64,000 bases of DNA from Microthyrium microscopicum (taxonomy: Eukaryota). The notes under the pieces are model-generated. The model did not search any database. It was not told the DNA's origin and was given only the letters and a program-made list of their open reading frames with translations. The translations under genes were made by a program, and so were the position numbers. Where the stretch lies: positions 2,181,345 to 2,245,344 of the forward strand of contig MU004237.1 in assembly GCA_010405405.1 (NCBI GenBank). The letters are read 5' to 3'. Below, piece after piece: positions 61,015 through 64,000 of this stretch; positions within the stretch are counted from its first letter, which is position 1; the number at the start of each line of letters is the position of its first letter.

Positions 61015-62133
61015 ATGACAGACTCACTCCCAGCCAACCATAAAGCTTTGGTGCAGGAAGTTTACGCTAAGCCACTGGTGGTCAAATCGATACCTACACC
61101 GCGACCTACACCAGGCTCCGCCGTCATCGAAATCCTCCATGCGCCTATCATATCATATACCCGCGACGTGTACAATGGCAAGCGCAAATATCCCTATCCG
61201 ACACCTCTCGTAACAGGCGCCAGCGCCATTGGCCGAGTCGCCGCCACGGGGCCTGATGCGACCTTGCTCAAAGAAGGAGATTTGGTTTACTTTGACTGCA
61301 CTATCCGCGGCCGCGATGATAGTAGTGCTATCATTCTCGCTGGGATCGCAGAAAGTGGTACTGAGGGTAGTCGCATACTGTTCCATGGCGAGTGGCGAGA
61401 TGGCACATTTGCTGAGTATGCCAAGGTACCGCTGGAAAACGTGTTTGTGCTGGATGAGAAGAGACTGTGTGGCAAGCCGGCAGATGGTGGGCTCGGCTAT
61501 CAATTGGAGCAGATGAGTTGGCTCTTGCAGGTACTGGTGCCGTATGGTGGTCTAAAGAGCATTGGACTTCAGGCCGGTGAGACGGTCATCGTGGCGCCTG
61601 CAACTGGTGGGTTTGGCTCGGCAGCTGTGGTCATTGCGTTGGCGATGGGAGCCAGAGTCATTGCAATGGGCAGAAGCGCAGAAAAGCTTGCGGATTTGAA
61701 GGCCCTCAGTTCCAGAGTGGAAACCGTGCAGATGACAGGAGAATTGGGATCTGACGTGGCGGCATTGAAGAAGTTTGGCAAGATCAACGCGTTTCTCGAT
61801 ATCTCGCCGGCGGAGGCTGAAGGTTCAACACATTTCAAAGCAGCAATTCTTAGCCTGGCACCAGAAGGACGCGTTAGTCTTATGGGAGGCTTGCTGAACG
61901 ACGTTGCTATCCCCCATCGCTTCGTTATGAGATTTGACATCACCTTGCGAGGCAAGTGGATGTACTCGCGAGCAGATATCCTTTCCCTGATCGATATGAT
62001 GACGGCTGGTGTTTTGAATTTCCGCGATATTGTCAACATCCGTGGCACATATAATCTGGAAGATTGGGAGAAAGCGCTGGAATTGGCAGCAAACTCTGGC
62101 AAGCTTGGTGAATTGGTCGTGTTCTCTCCGTAA
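61015..62133 (+). CDS. GroES-like/medium-chain alcohol dehydrogenase family oxidoreductase
   Basis: 372-aa ORF. YPTPLVTG, AIGRVAATG, WRDGTFAEYAKVPLENV, PYGGL, APATGGFG nucleotide-binding motif, LRGKWMY. Confidence 0.9.
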   Translation: MTDSLPANHKALVQEVYAKPLVVKSIPTPRPTPGSAVIEILHAPIISYTRDVYNGKRKYPYPTPLVTGASAIGRVAATGPDATLLKEGDLVYFDCTIRGRDDSSAIILAGIAESGTEGSRILFHGEWRDGTFAEYAKVPLENVFVLDEKRLCGKPADGGLGYQLEQMSWLLQVLVPYGGLKSIGLQAGETVIVAPATGGFGSAAVVIALAMGARVIAMGRSAEKLADLKALSSRVETVQMTGELGSDVAALKKFGKINAFLDISPAEAEGSTHFKAAILSLAPEGRVSLMGGLLNDVAIPHRFVMRFDITLRGKWMYSRADILSLIDMMTAGVLNFRDIVNIRGTYNLEDWEKALELAANSGKLGELVVFSP

Positions 62134-62415
62134 TAAGGATCATATAGGCATGTATACTCTGTATCTGAGAGGGTAAATACATAAATGTAGAAGCGAACCA
62201 TAGGATGCTCTGAATGGATGCTTTGTGTGTCAATCATACAATAGTGAGGAGCGTAGTGAACAGGTGATCCGCTGGGCGCCCATGCATTTGAAGGTTGAAC
62301 GCAGGGTGTCATCTAATAGCGTTATATATTTCTAGCTTGGTGAGGTGGATTCTTGGCATCATCAATTGCTCGTGGTGATAGAGATGATTGCTATGCTAAT
62401 ATAGGCTGTGTATAT

Positions 62416-64000
62416 CTAAGAGTCGTACAGGTAGTCGACCTCATATTCCAGCCCTGGACCAAATACGACTACTTCCTTCTTGTCATTTTTACATATGGCC
62501 GAGAAGTTTTCGGCGTGGATGGACACCGAAGCAGTAATCGCGTGGTTGCGAAGCATTGCACAGAACTGTTTCAATGCTTGTCGTTGTCTGACCTTTTCCT
62601 CATCTCCATGAAGCCAGAGAAAGCTTCCCCTTCCACAGTCTTGGAAGCTAATTTTCAGCTGGAGGGTTTCAAGGTTGAAATGTTTGCGGATTAAAGCAAA
62701 TAGTGATAGAACGCTCGGCCAATCCTCCTTGGTGAGAGTTTGCTTTAGAACAGATCTCTCGTGACATAGATACCTCGATGTCCCGGTGGTTCCTGGAAGG
62801 CCGATAAAATTGAGATGGAGCTTTTTGATAGAATAAAGCCCCTGGGAAGGGATTGCACCAATTTCGTTACAGATATCCGCTGCGGAACCAGACGCTTCGA
62901 ACGAATTTTGCCCGTAAAAGATATGAAGAGCCTCGTCTCTTGTTATTGTATTGACTGCGAAAAGTGGCGAAGTACGAAGAAGATTACACCTACAGCTGCT
63001 CGAGTATATAGGGTGAATGCTGTCGCAGAAACATAGACTTTGTGTAGGGAACCGCTGATGTATCATTCCTCCACAGTGTCCGCAGCAATTTTTGATATCT
63101 TGGATCCTTCCGCAAAGGGGTAGTGGGATGTTTTTGCCATTACAATCAGCAAGACCGGCATGTGATAGAATCTTTGCCCAGATTTCGGGGGGGATATAAC
63201 GCAATGATGGTGAGCTTGCAGCTCTTTGGTACGGTTTTGAAACTAAGGCGCGACCAGACGCGGAGAGGATATTTTTTATTATGGCAACATGCGCCGCGTC
63301 ACCGTTGTTAGCCATGGGTCCAAGGCTCCAGGGAATTCCTGAAACTAGATTGTAGCAGCTTTCGAAGACTTTGGTGAAATTGACTGAAAATCTTACTGCT
63401 CCAAGGGGTGGTAAAGAGACTGCAGCTACAGCTGCTAACAGTTCGTTCACTTCGTCCAAACTCTGCACAGCCGTAAAGGCGAAGGTAATTTCGACCTCAT
63501 TGTGGCGATTATGTGAGTGATTCGAGTGAAGGAGCTTCGAAAGTGTTGCGCAGGTCTCCTTGAAGGACGAGAGCCTGTCCTGGAAATCCCCTGGTTCACG
63601 GGACTGAGAGAATGTATCATTACTAAGCTCTATTTCTAGTATTCGTAGATAGCTCCAGACGATAGACGGCAAAGTCTTGATCGTATTTACAGTCTTCCAT
63701 GAGGCATGCATCCGAAATCTGTTCTCGCTGTAGAAGATCTGCAGTGTCTCCATGTACAGTGTTTTGCATGTAACGAGTAGCGCTCCTGGAAAGGAAACAT
63801 AGTCTGGCGCGTCAGGGTACTCTCTATATCCAGTCATGTCGTCGTAACTGGAAACCTCCGGACTGAAGTGGTAATTGTGCGACACTTCCAGGTTTATGCA
63901 TGCGAGCTTGAGGGGATATCCACGGACTAGGCCAGTAAGACGCAGTATGGACAATCGGAGTTCCTTGGGAAGGCCAAGCAGCCCAGCAAAGGGTGTGGGC
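62416..64000 (-). CDS. Hypothetical protein with two tandem F-box-like modules (5' end outside the window)
   Basis: The frame stays open to the window edge (..LLGLPKELRLSILRL..). Second module SLRYIPPEIWAKILSHA. Duplicated motifs LLVTCKTLYMETLQIFYSENRF and LFAVNTITRDEALHIFYGQNSF. Confidence 0.75.
   Translation of the reverse strand, partial: PTPFAGLLGLPKELRLSILRLTGLVRGYPLKLACINLEVSHNYHFSPEVSSYDDMTGYREYPDAPDYVSFPGALLVTCKTLYMETLQIFYSENRFRMHASWKTVNTIKTLPSIVWSYLRILEIELSNDTFSQSREPGDFQDRLSSFKETCATLSKLLHSNHSHNRHNEVEITFAFTAVQSLDEVNELLAAVAAVSLPPLGAVRFSVNFTKVFESCYNLVSGIPWSLGPMANNGDAAHVAIIKNILSASGRALVSKPYQRAASSPSLRYIPPEIWAKILSHAGLADCNGKNIPLPLCGRIQDIKNCCGHCGGMIHQRFPTQSLCFCDSIHPIYSSSCRCNLLRTSPLFAVNTITRDEALHIFYGQNSFEASGSAADICNEIGAIPSQGLYSIKKLHLNFIGLPGTTGTSRYLCHERSVLKQTLTKEDWPSVLSLFALIRKHFNLETLQLKISFQDCGRGSFLWLHGDEEKVRQRQALKQFCAMLRNHAITASVSIHAENFSAICKNDKKEVVVFGPGLEYEVDYLYDS

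Noticed and set aside
1..64000. Transposable elements, tRNA or rRNA genes
   Set aside because: No transposase/RT ORFs, terminal repeats, AT-rich RIP blocks or cloverleaf with A/B boxes were recognised by eye.

Overview
Gene-dense region of a filamentous ascomycete (Pezizomycotina), judged from short GT..AG introns of about 50 nt with CTRAC/CTAAT branch sites and fungal protein families. It holds about 21 protein-coding genes: a multidomain RNA end-processing protein (2H + EEP + PAP-like nucleotidyltransferase + MJ1316), RLI1/ABCE1, a DUF4452-like protein, a degenerate kinase, a small mitochondrial protein, a GST, kynurenine formamidase, a secreted His-motif protein, a coiled-coil protein, PET8, a WRAP53/Swt21-like WD40 protein, a secreted Gln/Pro-rich protein, an MFS transporter, VMA5, GCV1, RSC7/NPL6, SSK2, a Zn2Cys6 transcription factor, a GFA protein, RIC1, an ADH-like enzyme and a partial double F-box-like protein. 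The most striking observation is protein-like coding sequence hidden behind the stop codons of conserved genes. The RSC7/NPL6 UAG is followed in frame by 101 sense codons encoding a canonically spaced C2H2 zinc finger. The SSK2 UAG is followed in frame by 61 sense codons. The RLI1 stop overlaps the start of a 65-aa ORF (AUGA). This suggests conditional C-terminal extension by readthrough, A-to-I stop-loss editing or reinitiation. Also noted are structured RLI1 introns, a candidate structured RNA in the 8.7-kb gene-poor gap, a probable 1.3-kb 5'-UTR intron and a 19-nt minisatellite. All exon models and family calls were made by eye, without database searches.
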